A stretch of 64,000 nucleotides of DNA from Octopus vulgaris (Eukaryota). The stretch spans positions 310,001-374,000 of the forward strand of contig OX597841.1 in the NCBI GenBank assembly GCA_951406725.2, in the 5' to 3' direction. The notes under the pieces are model-generated. The model was not told the origin of the DNA and did not search any database. It saw only the letters and a list, made by a program, of their open reading frames with translations. The position numbers were made by a program, and so were the translations under genes. Of the stretch, positions 41,110-55,351 are shown in pieces (position 1 is the stretch's first letter; each line of letters opens with the position of its first letter).

Positions 41110-42445
41110 GTTTCTTAACACTATATATTTATTCACGATATTTTCTTGCGCCGAGGTCGACTTTGCCTTTCATCCTTTCAGGGTCGATAAATTAAGTACC
41201 AGTTACGCACTGGGGTCGATGTAATCGACTTAATCTATTTGTCTGTCCTTGTTTGTCTCCTCTGTGTTTAGCCCCATTGTGGGTAGTAAAGAAATAGATA
41301 TTTTCTTGAAGCGACTAAAGCATTTCCAGGCTTTCACTATAATATCTTCATTGAATATGATATACAGAGTACAAATTTGAACTACATATGGTTCCCTCAC
41401 TAATAATGAAATATAATATATCCAGCCTGTCGGCTGATTTCTGAACCCTTCTGATTTCTTAATTATAATTTTCCTGGATCATTAGAGACTAAATTTGATT
41501 TGGTATGCGGTTGCTGGTGGGTACTTACTGCTGATGACATTCAAAGTAGTAGAGATACATATTTAGCAATTCCATCGCAGCTGCTAGATGCTATTTGTCT
41601 ATTACTGGGGCATTTCTGTAGTTTTTAACACTGCACCTCTATATGAGATGCTTTCTGAATACTAATAACGAAGTTTTCCGATTTCAACAGTGTATCCACA
41701 TTAAGTGGCCTGTTTTAAAGTGGGGAAACACGAAAATATACATTCACATTAAAATGTATGCTATAACTAGTTTTACTTGCGCGTGTTCGTTTTTAAATAT
41801 TCTTTATTCCATTATATTATTTCTCTTAATTACCAGAATCCATTGCACGCTTAGTTTCCTAATGTGTTTAACAAGGGAAAATGTTATGGTTGTTATATTT
41901 GTGGCGCTTTTTCTTACAAATTTTAACTGAAGTCTACTCCGTGTGTAATTTCTTATTTCTTTGCGTAATTGTACGAGTGTATTTCTGTGTGAGTGTGTGT
42001 GTGTCTGCGTGAATGCGTTCGTGCGTGTGTGTGCGTGCGTATGCGTGTGTTCACGCACCTATGTTGTAAGATAGATCCCGTTGTGAATTTACTTTCTGCC
42101 TAATCAAAGAAATCTATTGACGGCTGTTGGAGCCGTCACTACAGATTTTTAACAGACTGGTATAGATGTCTTTGTATCGTACCTGACGTGTATATACACT
42201 CTCGACAGTCCAGTTACTGCAATATTTGTCCTGAGATAGCATTTGTTTTCTCTCATTGTCCACTCAGGGAAAATACTACAGCAACTAGCCTATCGACTGT
42301 GTGTATATCCTTTCAATATGATACACAAATGGCTATTTTAATTAAATACTGGTTCAAATGTGTACATCGAACATAATGGTATATTTAATAAATGTTTATA
42401 TTTTCTCATTCTGAAACCCAAACGAGTTCTACTCCAACTTTGTAG

Positions 42446-42609
42446 GAATGTACGTCGCTTCTATATAACGAACCACAACGGTGGCTGTTCTGTTGAGAGT
42501 GGCTGGCTAGCCGTAGTTCAAGATCAAATGTTCTGTGCATATGATGAAATGGATCACTTCCCTGCAATTCGTTATTCTGATGCAAATTCGAAAACCATCT
42601 GGAACAACA
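42446..42609 (+). CDS. Gene C coding exon 4
   Basis: tttgtag / GTAAGT; 164 nt; NVRRFYITNHNGGCSVESGWLAVVQDQMFCAYDEMDHFPAIRYSDANSKTIWNN. Confidence 0.92.
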
Positions 42610-42651
42610 GTAAGTGATGCTTCTATTTTATGTCTTTGTGTGTCTCTGTCT

Positions 42652-42687
<36 letters not shown>

Positions 42688-43126
42688 CCTATCTATATGT
42701 CTGTCAAAATCCCTGTCTATCTACCTGACTATCTATCTATCTATACACGATCCCTATTGATCGACCCATTTTCTTTTGTTTTTTTCACGATCCCTTTTGA
42801 TCGGAATTCGCCCTCTCTTTTTTTTTCTCCTTATCTTGTTCCCCAAAAGATAAGCTTTACTCTGTATTTTGTCCCTTCTGTGTCTAGCCCCTGCGTGGCC
42901 AATAAATAAATCGATTCTCAATGTGAGTAGTAATTGCAGCCAATCAGCCTGATCCAACTGATTTATGATCAAAGGTGTTCTGACCATGACCCACCTGGAT
43001 ATTTCCCATTACACTATGTGTAGACTTGGCTGCAATTTCTAGTAATTCGAGTGACCACCTATAAAGCCCTCCCACGATATATTTGAATGTCTTTTTGTTG
43101 TTGATGTTGTTATTTGTTACTTGCAG

Positions 43127-43182
43127 GTTATGCATTAGCAGACTCCATGGCCATATTCATCCGCCTGAGGCAGCAGAACTAA
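43127..43182 (+). CDS. Gene C coding exon 5 (terminal)
   Basis: acttgcag acceptor; (S)YALADSMAIFIRLRQQN*; TAA at 43180-43182. Confidence 0.88.
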
Positions 43183-43283
43183 CCCAGCACATGATATCCA
43201 TTGATACTATTGTTGTTGTTGTTAACGCCCATCCAATCCAGCTGACCACCACTAGTGATCCGCATAGGTCAATAATACCTGTT

Positions 43284-43289
43284 AATAAA
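43284..43289 (+). terminator. Polyadenylation signal AATAAA of gene C
   Basis: About 100 nt after the stop; conserved at the homologous position in B and D. Confidence 0.7.
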
Positions 43290-44578
43290 GAATTCATAAA
43301 AAATATTGGTGATCTTTCGTATTGAGTCGACAATTTATAAGCAGGCTTCTTCGGTAATTTCTGTGAACACGTGATCTCTTGTCAACTGCGTGCTTCTTCT
43401 GTCTGACGTGTCGAAGTGGAAGGGGAAGCTAATGGACCTACGTCTGTGTGTGTGTGTGTGTGTGTGTGTGCATGCTTCTTTTTGTGTGTGTGTGAGTGCT
43501 TGTTCTGTTTTTATGTATTTATGGGTGTGGAATGTAGATATAAAAGCCTTGTGTATTTCTTCTCACCTGCTTCATGTGTTTAAGTAAAATCTGCAAATTT
43601 CCAAAAAGAAAACGAGATCGACGTCGAAAAAGCCATCTCAGTTATAGTACACAGGCACACACACACAAGAACAAACTCATACAATCATACACTCATTAGC
43701 TTCAACCTTCCTCTTCGACACGTCAATCAGAACAAGCACGCAGTTGGCAAGACAACACGTGCTCACGGAAACTAACGAATATTTTGTTTTCATTCGTCTA
43801 CTCAAAACGAAGCTATGCCAGACTATTCCATCCAACATCGGTCTTTTGAGTTGTCATTCTCTTTCTCTCTCTCCAGGGACAGAAGAGTTTTGGTTATTGT
43901 TCCAGGTCACATCTGACCATAAATATGCATGCGTGTGTGTATGAGTGTGTGTGTGTGTGTGTGTATGTGTGTGCGTGTGTGTGTGAACTTCTTTATTTGT
44001 ATTAAAGCTACCAATGGTTTCAGGTCATGAACAGATCGTTGTATCTTAACAATTTTTGAAGGCCATCACATGAAGGAACAGATTTCGTCTCCATTTTGTG
44101 TTATAAACCTAAACGGAGAAAAAAACCATGTGATCGGCTCGAAAAATTGTTAAGATAGGAGTGGCTGTGAGATACGTACCTTGCATGCCAGCCACATGGT
44201 TCCGGGTTCAATACCACTGGATGTCGCCTTCGGCAAGTACATTCTACTTATAGCATCAGGCCGAACAAAGTCTTCTAAGTGCATTTGCTAGACGGAAAGT
44301 GAAAGAAGCCCGTCGTATATATATTGAGTGTGTGTTTGTTGACTGTGTTTGTCCTCCCAATATCGCTTGACAACCGATGCTGGCGTGTTTGCGCCCCCGC
44401 AAGAGAATGATAGAATAAGTACTAGGCTTACAAAGAATAAGTACTGCGGCAGATTTGCTCGACTAAAGGTGCTGCTACAGCATGGCCGCATTCAAATGAC
44501 TGAAACATAAGAGTAGAAGAATAAAAGAATATTTTCTAAACATGAATAAAATGGTAGCATTAATGCTCCAATAATATG

Positions 44579-44621
<43 letters not shown>

Positions 44622-45168
44622 TATAGAGGGCATTATTACACATAAATGCCTCACACTAAGAGGGACAAAGTCATTACTACCAAAATTACACTAATCATAC
44701 CTAAATGCAGTTCTTCAAAGCAAGACATTTAAAAAATGAATTTAGTTCTGTATCACCGTGATTTCACATTTAACTTACGTCTATGATCATCAGCAGAACT
44801 GATTCTGAACACATCATAAATAAACCACCAACCTTACCTAGCGAAGACGAACAGACATCTATTCACTCCGGCCAGGCACATGGAATGTTTATAAGTCATA
44901 TATCCGGTAAATGGCGGGCTTTTTCGAACTGCATGTCGGGTAAGAAAAGTATTTCGGAATAAGTTTAACAATTAAGGATAACTTCTTAATAAGGAATCTT
45001 AACAAGATTAATGTGTAATAATGCCCTCTATACAATATAGATATAATTAATTTGTTCAAAAGAAAAAAATTATTTTCGAATTCTTTTCTTTTATGAGGTT
45101 TTTCACGCTAACTACCTGATAATTTCTTGTTAAGATTCCTTATTAAGAAGTTATCCTTAATTGTTAAA

Positions 45169-45239
<71 letters not shown>

Positions 45240-45242
45240 ATT

Positions 45243-45296
<54 letters not shown>

Positions 45297-45305
45297 CAGA
45301 CAGGC

Positions 45306-45470
<165 letters not shown>

Positions 45471-46087
45471 CGACGGGCTTCTTTCTGTTTCCGCCCACCA
45501 AATCCACTCACAAGGCTTTGGTCGACGAGACTCAAAGATATTTGCGAAAGTTGCCCCGAAATGGGACTGAACATGGAACCAAGTGGTTGGTAAGCAAATA
45601 AGTAACTTTATAATTACAAGAGTAAAAATTATCAAATAATTATTTAGTAGTTGTGAGCATGCGAATTTACAGTCAGAAGACATAAATACTTTTAAATATA
45701 ATAGTATATGAAATATACGCTGAGTGATAAGTATTATGTGGATTTCTTACATGCTAAAAAGAGCAGTCAAAGTCTAAAACCACGAAAGAATATTCTTACA
45801 TTAAAGCACGTTGATTTGTAATCAAGTAACACATTTGAGTGAATAAAAATATAGTAAACCTTATACTCAAGGGTTTCACTATTAAAGACAAAATAAATCA
45901 TTTAATGAAATAATTTATTGATTAATTAATTTTCTATAGCTCGTCGGAAAGGTCGCTAATTAAATACATAAACATAAAACTGCAATACATATCGAAAACA
46001 CAAATTAAACAGATGCGCACTCTGGTCCATGTTTATGCATCATTGATTCATCTCAGAATGACCGCAAACAATGTGCATATATATAAC

Positions 46088-46172
<85 letters not shown>

Positions 46173-46175
<3 letters not shown>

Positions 46176-46442
46176 TCCCGAAGAACCTAAGAGACATGCA
46201 TGGGGTGGATGCAGATGTCTTTAAAATGAAACTGGATCTCTTCCTGTCAGGTATCCCAGATGACCCAACTTCATGGCAAGAGGTGCAGATGAGGGCAGCT
46301 GCATCGAACTCTCTCATGCACCAAATGGCAGTTGCTAAAAAACTTTCGTGAAGTAAAACCATGTAGCAACACCGAATGGCGGTGGCCCAGCATGGCCACG
46401 GCTCATGAGCTGAAACTAGAATCAATCAATCAATCAATCATC
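46173..46442 (+). mobile_element. CR1-like LINE 3' fragment
   Basis: LPKNLRDMHGVDADVFKMKLDLFLSGIPDDP is homologous to the end of the 24966-26003 element; (AATC)n tail. Confidence 0.85.
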
Positions 46443-46500
<58 letters not shown>

Positions 46501-47999
46501 ATATTTGTGACTTGGAACCAGTGAAAGGATAATTAAACTATAGCATTTAACACCAATTCGAAGCCAAACAGTGTTAAACAATGTGTGTGTGTGCCTTTTG
46601 TTTGTAATTAAAAAAGTGCACTGATAATTTCTGTGATACAAGTAGAAACACGCAGGGAGAAGTTGGTGAAAACTGTTCTTGTTACAATGTTTCGAAGTCG
46701 ATAACCAAGTCACGTGGAAATGTTGATAGAGGCAAGAGTGCTTACGTGATTAATTGACGCTAAATGAAGAGGTATCTTTTGAGATGGCAACTAGGAAGGA
46801 TTTAAATCGATTGTGTACGAATGCCGAACTATGAGAAAATCCACATTGACGAATGCCTTTCTACAATGGCAGTCTTAGTCTAAGTGGAGAAGGAACACAC
46901 ACGAGGACGGAAAGTGTTTCCTGTAGATGTCACACGTGTATGACGAAAGATTTATGGATAATGGCCATGAGTTAGAATAAGAACAGTAGAAAACGAGTGA
47001 AGAGCGAAGATATGGTGCGTGTGTTTATTTGGCAAATAAACAAGAACAACGACAGTAATTTTATTCAGCTGAATACACGTTATTGATTGGTTGAAATTAC
47101 CGAAATACGACAACTTTAACGTGAAATAACTTCGTAAATATAAGTTTTTCTCAAAAATGCTAAGAGTAAAATATGTTTTATATGACACATTCTACCAGTG
47201 TCTGAAGTTTCAAAGTGTTTAGTTACGAAAAAATTATTTTCTAAATCTGTAGGTCAAAAGGTAAAGATCCTATAACGAGATAATAAATAACGTCCTCGCA
47301 AACCATTCTACTCAAGATACACAATACTTGTACTTACACTCGACAATACGCAACTCTCCGCTTTACACAGCTCGATTTATTTTATTTAGGCGCATGGCCT
47401 TTATAAAGAGGGAACACCACCACAAGGACAGAGAAAACAAGACAATGGGGTACATATAAAACATATCGAATGGACTATGATTATGATAAGAAATGAGGAT
47501 GAAATAGCTTACTCGCCACCTGCAAAGGAAGCAGTTTCATTTTACTGGTCTTTTAAATTATAGCTCACTTTACGGTCATGTATCATGTTTTTTTAAAGAT
47601 ACAATTACAACAAACGTTGCGTAAGATCGTCGAAAATTACCACAGGCGGCAACTCGTCGTATCTAAACTAAAGTTGTGATATTTCAACTCTTTTCTTTTT
47701 TCCAAACAGTTCTACTAATCTATTTCTTTACTACCCACGAGGGGCTAAACACAGAGAGGGCAAACAAGGACAGACAAAGGGATTAAGTCGATTATATCGA
47801 CCCCAGTGCATAACTGGTACTTATTTAATCGACCCCGAAAGGATGAAAGGCACATTCGACCTCGGCGGAATTTGAACTCAGAACGAAACGGCAGACGAAA
47901 TGCGGCTACGCATTTCCCCCGGCGTGCTAACGTTTCTGCCAGCTCGCCGCTAATCTCTCCCCTCTTTCTCTCTCCAACAGCACGCCCGTCTTACCTTCA

Positions 48000-49050
48000 T
48001 GGTTTGCCAATTTCACTCTGATAACATTTTCCATCTTTGTTACCTTCTTTTCGATTTCAACATTTTTTTCGTATTATACGAGGTTTACTAACTTTCTCCC
48101 TCTAGGTATCTTTCTCTGATGTCTTCCACCACTCTCTTCGTTGATACAATTTTCTCTGTCTCGAATTCGCTGTCTCTTTCGTTTTCATTCTCCTGTCGTG
48201 CTCCTTCTTCCTTACTGGTTGAAGGCAACGGTTGCTGTGTTCGCATTTCACTTGATTTTCCATTTTTCTTCTTTACTTTCTTGTTCTCTTCCTCGTTTGT
48301 TTTCCTTTTTCTCTCTTTGAGGCTTTTAGGTGATGATTCTAAATTCGTTTTACTTTTCACCACCTAAATTGTTCGTCCTTGTTCTCCTTCATGTGACCCC
48401 GTACTCCACACACAAAACATATTGGAGGTCTACGTTCCACAACAATCTTTAATCTGGTCTCATCTGGCAACATCAGCTCTTCCATAATCTAAGGTCTGAC
48501 AGTCTTATATAGATTATTACTTCTAGCCCATATTCCCATTAGTTCACTTCCGTAGTCTTTGACATTTTAAAAACTTCTTTTTCATCCTCTGTATGATAGA
48601 AGATGGCTGCCACCAGCCATGCCTCGTCAGTTTCAGGGGTCACTCTACTTGTTCTTATTCTGGCCGCACGTTTACCACAGTAAGTAGGTAGTTGTATCCA
48701 CTGCTACAGTAGAGCAGTAGAGTTCTTCTTTGCTGCATTTTCGTTTATGAAGCGCACCTCCACCGTGCCAAACTCCCGTCCTCTGGTGTAGAATGTAGTC
48801 AATTCTTTCACCTCTTTCAAACATTCCTCTACCGCTTCTACGGCTGCTATCTCTACTTTCTTCAACGCCATGTTTAGCGTTCTATAGATGATGGTTCTCT
48901 TTTCCGTATTCTCAATAACTTTCTCAACAAGGTGTTGTATCTCTTGAAGTCCTTGGCTTTGACTTCTATTTCACGGACCTGCAGTGGCTCCGCTGACAGG
49001 TTTTGCCAGTCACCGCAGCACAACTACCTGTTTGCACTTGTCTATTCTCC
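48000..49050 (-). mobile_element. Decayed gag-like ORF1 of an L1/Tx1-type LINE
   Basis: Minus-strand KIVVERRPPICFVCGVRGHMKE zinc-knuckle remnant (about 48385-48450) followed by a K/E-rich tail; stops present. Confidence 0.55.
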
Positions 49051-50144
49051 ATAATAATGTTTTTCACAACTTCACCCATAAACGGGGAAGAAAGAATAAA
49101 AGCCAGCTAACAACAACAATTCCAACAATTCAGGATTTTATCTCCTTCGAAGTATTTCTCTTCTGATGCAACACAATTGATGAAGCATCGTTTCAATTGA
49201 TGGGAACATCCCTGGAACTCATTTCTGGGGATAGCCAGCAGCTGCCTCGTGACATTCTCTTGAATTTTCTGGACATCTTCAAATCTTTTGGGCCTTCCAC
49301 TACGAAGACCTTCGTTCCGGTGTCATAACAACAGGCACAAGATTTTCACCTGTAATAACGTTTTTCTAACAGTCTTCGACTTCCAAGTCACAATCAAAAA
49401 GAGATTCTGCACCGCTGACAGCCTTTCTTCTTCTTGAGACAACCACACTCAAGACACTTTACATCCCAAAACTGCTATAAACAACGGAAGTGAGTGAGAA
49501 TTTTATAACCACCGTGAATGATCACCATATTTCATTCTGTAACTGCCACCTCTGAAGTGTGCAGTGTTACATAATAGATCGAACTCTTCCTTAACATTCC
49601 ATTGAACCCTTAGTGACAAAACGATGGGTTAGATCGGCTGTAATGTATTTTTTAAAGCTGTACATATTATATATATATATATTACATATATTATATATAT
49701 TATATATTATACGTATGTATGTATGTATGTATGTATGTATGTATGTATGTATGTATGTATGTATGTATGTATGTATATATATATATGTATGTATCTATCT
49801 ATCTCTCTATATAGGTATATAATATATATATATATATTGTTTGTGTCATAAGGATACATTTTATTTGATATTTAGAATATATCGCAATATCTTACAAATT
49901 TTCAAGCCGATCACATGTTATCTGTCTCCATTTTGGTTTAAAACACAAAATGGAGACGATCGCAGTTCGTTCATTTGATCACCTTAAAACATTGTTGAGG
50001 TATTAAGCTATTTTCTTCACGTGAAACCATAAAGAGACTTAATACAAATATAGAATATTTATTCACAAATGCGATGTTGAACACTCACTCTAATTGTTTG
50101 ACATTTACAACAATATGTATACACACACATAAACACGCGCACAT

Positions 50145-50180
<36 letters not shown>

Positions 50181-50234
50181 ACACAGACACACACACATAC
50201 ATATCTGGTCAGATGTGAAATGGAACAACAACAA

Positions 50235-50595
50235 CATCTGGAAAGAGAGAAAGAGAATCACAACTTCAAAGACCGATGTTGGACAGAATATTTGTATGGA
50301 TTCTTTATTAACAGATAATACTTGACGTGTGTGCATCACTAGTGGTGGTCAGCTAGATTGGCTGAACGTGAACAACAACAACAGCTGGAAAGAGAGAAAG
50401 AGAATCACAACTTCAAAGTGATAATACTTGACGTGTGTGCATCACTAGTGGTGGTCAGCTAGATTGGCTGAACGTGAACAACAACAACAGCTGGAAAGAC
50501 AGAAAGAGAATCACAACTTCAAAGTGATAATACATGGCGTGTGTGCATCACTAGTGGTAGTCAGATAGATTGGGTGAATGTGAACAAAAACAACA
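50235..50595 (-). repeat. 3-unit (147/106/~106 bp) tandem repeat at the 3' end of gene D
   Basis: Unit starts 50235, 50382 and 50488; homologous to the gene B array; only the unit at 50235 keeps tttatt (50304-50309). Confidence 0.9.
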
Positions 50596-50635
50596 ACAAC
50601 AATAGTATCAATGGATATCCTGTGCTGGGTTATTT

Positions 50636-50685
50636 CTACGGCTTCAGGCTGATGAATATGGCCATGGAGTCTGCTATTCCAAAAC
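50636..50685 (-). CDS. Gene D exon 5
   Basis: acttgcag acceptor; (G)FGIADSMAIFISLKP*. Confidence 0.75.
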
Positions 50686-51032
50686 CTGCAAGTAATAATA
50701 ACAACATCAATAACCAAAGGAATTGAAATAAATCGTGGAAAGTCCTCCTACGCGCTCACTCATATTAATTGAAATGGCAGTCAAATCTCCATAAAGTGTA
50801 ATGAGAAACATACAGGTGGGTCACGGTCAGAACGCTTTTGATCATAAATCTGTTGAATCAAGGCTGATTGGCTGCTGAACAATAAATACAAAAATAACTT
50901 CTGCAATTACTACTCACATTAAGAGAGAGAGAGAGAGAGTGAGCGCGTGAGATAGATAGAGAGAGGGAGAGAGAGAGAATAGGGAGAGCGACAGAGAGAA
51001 AGATAAAAACACAAAATGAAAACATCACTTAC

Positions 51033-51190
51033 CGTCGTTCCAGATGACACTCGAGCTTGCATCAGAATATTGAATTTCAGGATAACGATCCAGTTTCTCA
51101 TGTGCACAGTATCCTTCAGATTCAATTATTTGTAGCCAGCCACTAGCCACCACACAGCCAGCCTTATTCGCTATATAGTATCGCTGTGTA
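51033..51190 (-). CDS. Gene D exon 4
   Basis: ctgcag / GTAAGT; 158 nt (6 nt shorter, in frame); TQRYYIANKAGCVVASGWLQIIESEGYCAHEKLDRYPEIQYSDASSSVIWND. Confidence 0.78.
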
Positions 51191-51766
51191 CTGCAGATTT
51201 GGAAAAATACTTGTTTGGGTTACAGAATGAGAAAATATAAGCATTTAATAAATATAGCATTATGTTCCATGCACACATTTGAATCTGTATGTATTTAATT
51301 AAAATAGCCATTTGTGTATCATATATAAAATATAGACACGCTGTGTATAAACTAGTTACTTTAGTAGTATATTCTCTGAGGTAACATCTCCTATGTATTT
51401 GCTTTGTTTCGAATAATAAACATCGGTGACACGAAAATTCGTTCCAGCAGCGGACAATGACAGAAAAAGAGGTTATCTCAGGGCAAATATTGCAGTAACT
51501 GGCCTATCGGGAGTGTGTCTACGTTAGGTATGATATATAGACGTCTATACCACTCTATTAGAATCTGCATTGACAGCTCCAACGACCGTCTATAGAATCC
51601 TTTTGTCAGACTGAAGTTATATTCACAACGAGATCAAGAAAATATCGTGAATAAATATATAGAGTTTAAAAAACAGGTTTGTATTAGTAGCATAAGAAAA
51701 GTGCTTTGAGCTCAATAGTACAATACGTCTCCACATAGTGAAACAGAAAAAATATTTATAACATAC

Positions 51767-51930
51767 CTACTTGCTACTCCTTGTCCGAAATAATATGGAG
51801 TTGAAGATAGGTCATTCCATGGAGAACTTTTCAAGTTGTTATAAAGGAACCAGTTATCCTTTTTTGAATTTCGTCCATCAAAAATCAAAGTCACCACAGC
51901 TGTTTGGTTTTTATAAATCACCAGTTTCAC
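51767..51930 (-). CDS. Gene D exon 3
   Basis: ttttcag / GTATGT; 164 nt; VKLVIYKNQTAVVTLIFDGRNSKKDNWFLYNNLKSSPWNDLSSTPYYFGQGVAS. Confidence 0.8.
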
Positions 51931-51975
51931 CTGAAAAGTAAGAGTAAATATATAACACACACACACATATAAGTA

Positions 51976-52827
51976 CAAGGTGGCCAAAATGCCACTGAGA
52001 GTTTGCATTTTCTGATTATTCATTTATTTGTTGATATTCTTCTTTTCGTTTTAGGAATTTTATCGTCTAGATCATGGAAATTAATTATAGAAAACTATGG
52101 CACAGCACAATGCATCCAAGTTGTGAAATTGTTCTGTCAAAATCAGGGGTCAATTATTCAAATCCAGAGAACATGTCATTGGCATTTTCAAGTGTCAGAT
52201 TCCTCAAGTGAAAACACAACTAGGAACTTAGTTCCTCGTTTTGAAAAACAGGGGGCAGTAAGTGATCTCCCACATCTGGAAGTCTTTGCACTATCAGAAC
52301 TGATAAGACAAGTGGACGAAGGCGAGAAAGTAATTAAGAGAATCTGGGTATGTCGACTCCAATGTGGTCCAGACAGCGTAGGATTTCACAAACTTCACTG
52401 CAAAGAGTCTCCAGCAGCCTTAAACTTTTTCCATACAAGGTACTGTTGGTTCATCAGTTGAAGTCCCACAATTATGAACATGGACTTCAATACGCTGTCA
52501 GAATTCAGGAATTGGCACGAAGTGACTCAAATTTTACACGAAAATTCATCATGTCTGATGAAGCTCTCTTTCATTTCAATGAGTTCGTCAATTGTCGGTT
52601 TTCAGGCTCTGAGAAACCGAGAGCACTACACCAAAGAGAACAGCACTCCATAAAGCGTGAGGCTTAAAATGGACGCCGTTTAATTGATGTCATTTTTCAT
52701 ACGTAATCAAAAGGTATGATGAGAAAAGATCTAATGCAAATTAATCTGCTTTGTATCCCGTGTATATTGAATTAAAATTTCATACAAGTATTTGTAAAGA
52801 TATGGTAGTTACATCTGGCCCACCCTG
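51976..52827 (+). mobile_element. Internally deleted Tc1/mariner-superfamily transposon
   Basis: TA-caaggtggcca...tggcccaccctg-TA inverted ends with TA target duplication; transposase remnants LVPRFEKQGAVSD, LFPYKVLLVHQL, FIMSDEALFHFN. Confidence 0.85.
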
Positions 52828-53337
52828 TATGTATATACATATATATATGTATTTGAAAGAATGAATCAAAATAGCTGTTCTTATAATTTTTCACTTTTCA
52901 TATTTGCTTGTTTATAAGTTTAAATAAAAGGTGACTCTGATGCGAGTCTCGCTAAAAGCTGGATTTCAAACTGACAATTTAGAGCTTATTCAATGCTTAA
53001 ATTGGGAGTTTTTAATTATAAGTATACAGATATACAAACACCAACACCCACACCTATATGTACACACACACACACACACAAACATATCCTGTGGGTATGT
53101 GTGAGTGCTGGTGTCTGTATGTGGGTATGCTTGTAATTAAACACTCAATATTTAAGCAGTCTATCAACTCTAAATTATCGGACTGATGACTGCTTTATAA
53201 ACTTACTACAGTAAGCATCTCAGGTTATGTACAGTGGAAAAAATTTATAAGGACAGCCAAAAAATAGCAAAAAAAATGGAAAAAAATGATTCATATTTTT
53301 CAAATATATAATACAGTTACCACAGATTTTCTATTTG

Positions 53338-53384
<47 letters not shown>

Positions 53385-55172
53385 GGTAGAGAAAACAGAC
53401 ACACTACTATTACTACTACTACTACTACTACTACTAGGACAGCCATTTCTATTCATATTTTTCAAATATATAATACAGTACCACAGATTTTCTATTTGTA
53501 CTACTACTACTACTACTACTACTAAACTACTACTACTTCTACTACTACTTCTACTACTATACACTACTACTATACACATACACCCACATACACACACACA
53601 CACACACATATATGTGTGTGTGTAGAGAGAGAGTGGGTGAAAGAGAGATAAAGAGAAACAGAAACAGAAAGAGAAAGAAAGAGGTGCAAGCATGCTGGAT
53701 TTGTAACCAAGTGATACTAGTTCAATCTCAGTGCTTGGCACCTTCTGTCATAGTTGTTGGTCAACCAATGCATTGTGGGTAAATTTGGGAGACATTTATT
53801 TTTATTTCCGTGTGTTTATAGCTTGTATTCATGTCTTTGCTTCTGTGTATATGTCTGCCTGTGTCACTTCTACTACTTCACAAATGATGTTGTGGTGTTT
53901 ATGCCCCAGTAACTTAGCGGTTCGGCAAAATATCTCGACAGAATACATACCACAGGATTTGCCCTATTAAAATCATACAAGGTGGTGTCATAACATGACC
54001 ACTATCCAGTGACTGAAAAAGGCAGACGATAAAGCTCTATGTACAATGAATATTTGTGTGTTGAGGATTGCTGGATAAATCATTGTCTGTTAAATACTGT
54101 TGGTTGAATCAATGAATCTATACTTTCCGAAAAACGTGTAACCTTCAGAGAAGCCATTGAAACGTTCAGATTAGTAGTTAGGTGTACAGGTCAAAACGCC
54201 AGACGATATGTCCTCTTAAATCCCTTATCTCCATATATAGTATAGTGTCACAACAACAGATCCAAATCAGTCTCAAAATTTTGCGCTGTATTTCAGTTGT
54301 TCCCAAGTGCAACTGTCAGCCAGTTTTTCAGTCCCTCCTAAACTTATTCATATTGTTTTTGATCTTCACACTTGTGTCTCCCTTGGGATATCCATCAGAC
54401 GGCTTACCTTGCAAAGAGGTTTGTGGCTAATCTCATTTAATGCTGTTGATCTGAGTTCCAATAGGTTCCTGGCTCACCTCTTCCCTCAAGGATTTGTTTG
54501 TTATTCAGTCTTGCCATCTCACAAGAAGGATGACAAACTAATTCAGTTTCAAATTCAAGTCTCACCAGGGTCCGCATGCTTTACTTTCTGCCGAATACAA
54601 TAAAACTTTTACCAGTCATGTATCGTAAGCCATGGATCATAAGTTGATTTTATCGAATTTTTTTCCCATTTCCTAGTTACTCCCAGAAAAGAGAGCCTTT
54701 TGTCTATGATAAATATTCTTACTACTGTGGTTGTGGCGGATAAAATTCATCACAACACTCTTTCTTGTGTCTGATCTATAATTCTTTCATGCATGACAGC
54801 CGTTGCACCTGAACATTAGTCATATCTATTGATTTTCTATGAGAAAGATGACTTTCAAAAGTCATTCCAGGATTGTCCCGCTTGGAATCTGATGCTGACG
54901 ATAGCAAGTGTGCTTGGAATGCATGCATCTGTCCATGGGAGCTCTTTGAAACGTTTGTAGGTGTGTTAACAACTGTTGCCTAAGGCAAGAATATTCTCCA
55001 CGGTAAATCTCACTGAAAACCGCCGTTATTACGGGTAAAATATGTCTGAAATATATGTGAAGTGATCCAAACGATAGTTTATCTTTATGGTTATGATTAT
55101 GATAATGTGTGTGTGAAGGAATCTCATTTCGTCTGTGTATGTGTGTGTGTGTGTGTATAAGTGCTTACATAC

Positions 55173-55351
55173 CTCATCAATTGGAAGATTCTCCCAGAGA
55201 TCAAGAAGGGGATGTCGGAAAAAGTTCGGACAGTAGATACCATTGCATTTGTCTACATTCCAGGTTGATGGACTTCCTACAGCTCACAATGACTTATAGA
55301 TTTTTGAACCAGCTCCCATAGATAGGGCATATGTTTTAATCCATCGGCTAT
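55173..55351 (-). CDS. Gene D exon 2 (contains premature TGA)
   Basis: tttcag / GTATGT; 179 nt; (N)SRWIKTYALSMGAGSKIYKSL*AVGSPSTWNVDKCNGIYCPNFFRHPLLDLWENLPIDE. Confidence 0.78.

Noticed and set aside
53289-53530. Local ~160-bp direct duplication with (CTA)n, and a 59-bp duplication at 6637-6749
   Set aside because: Ordinary slippage-type duplications with no further structure.
55284-55286. Selenocysteine reading of the gene D TGA
   Set aside because: The aligned residue in paralogues is Leu/Met rather than Cys, and I recognised no SECIS.
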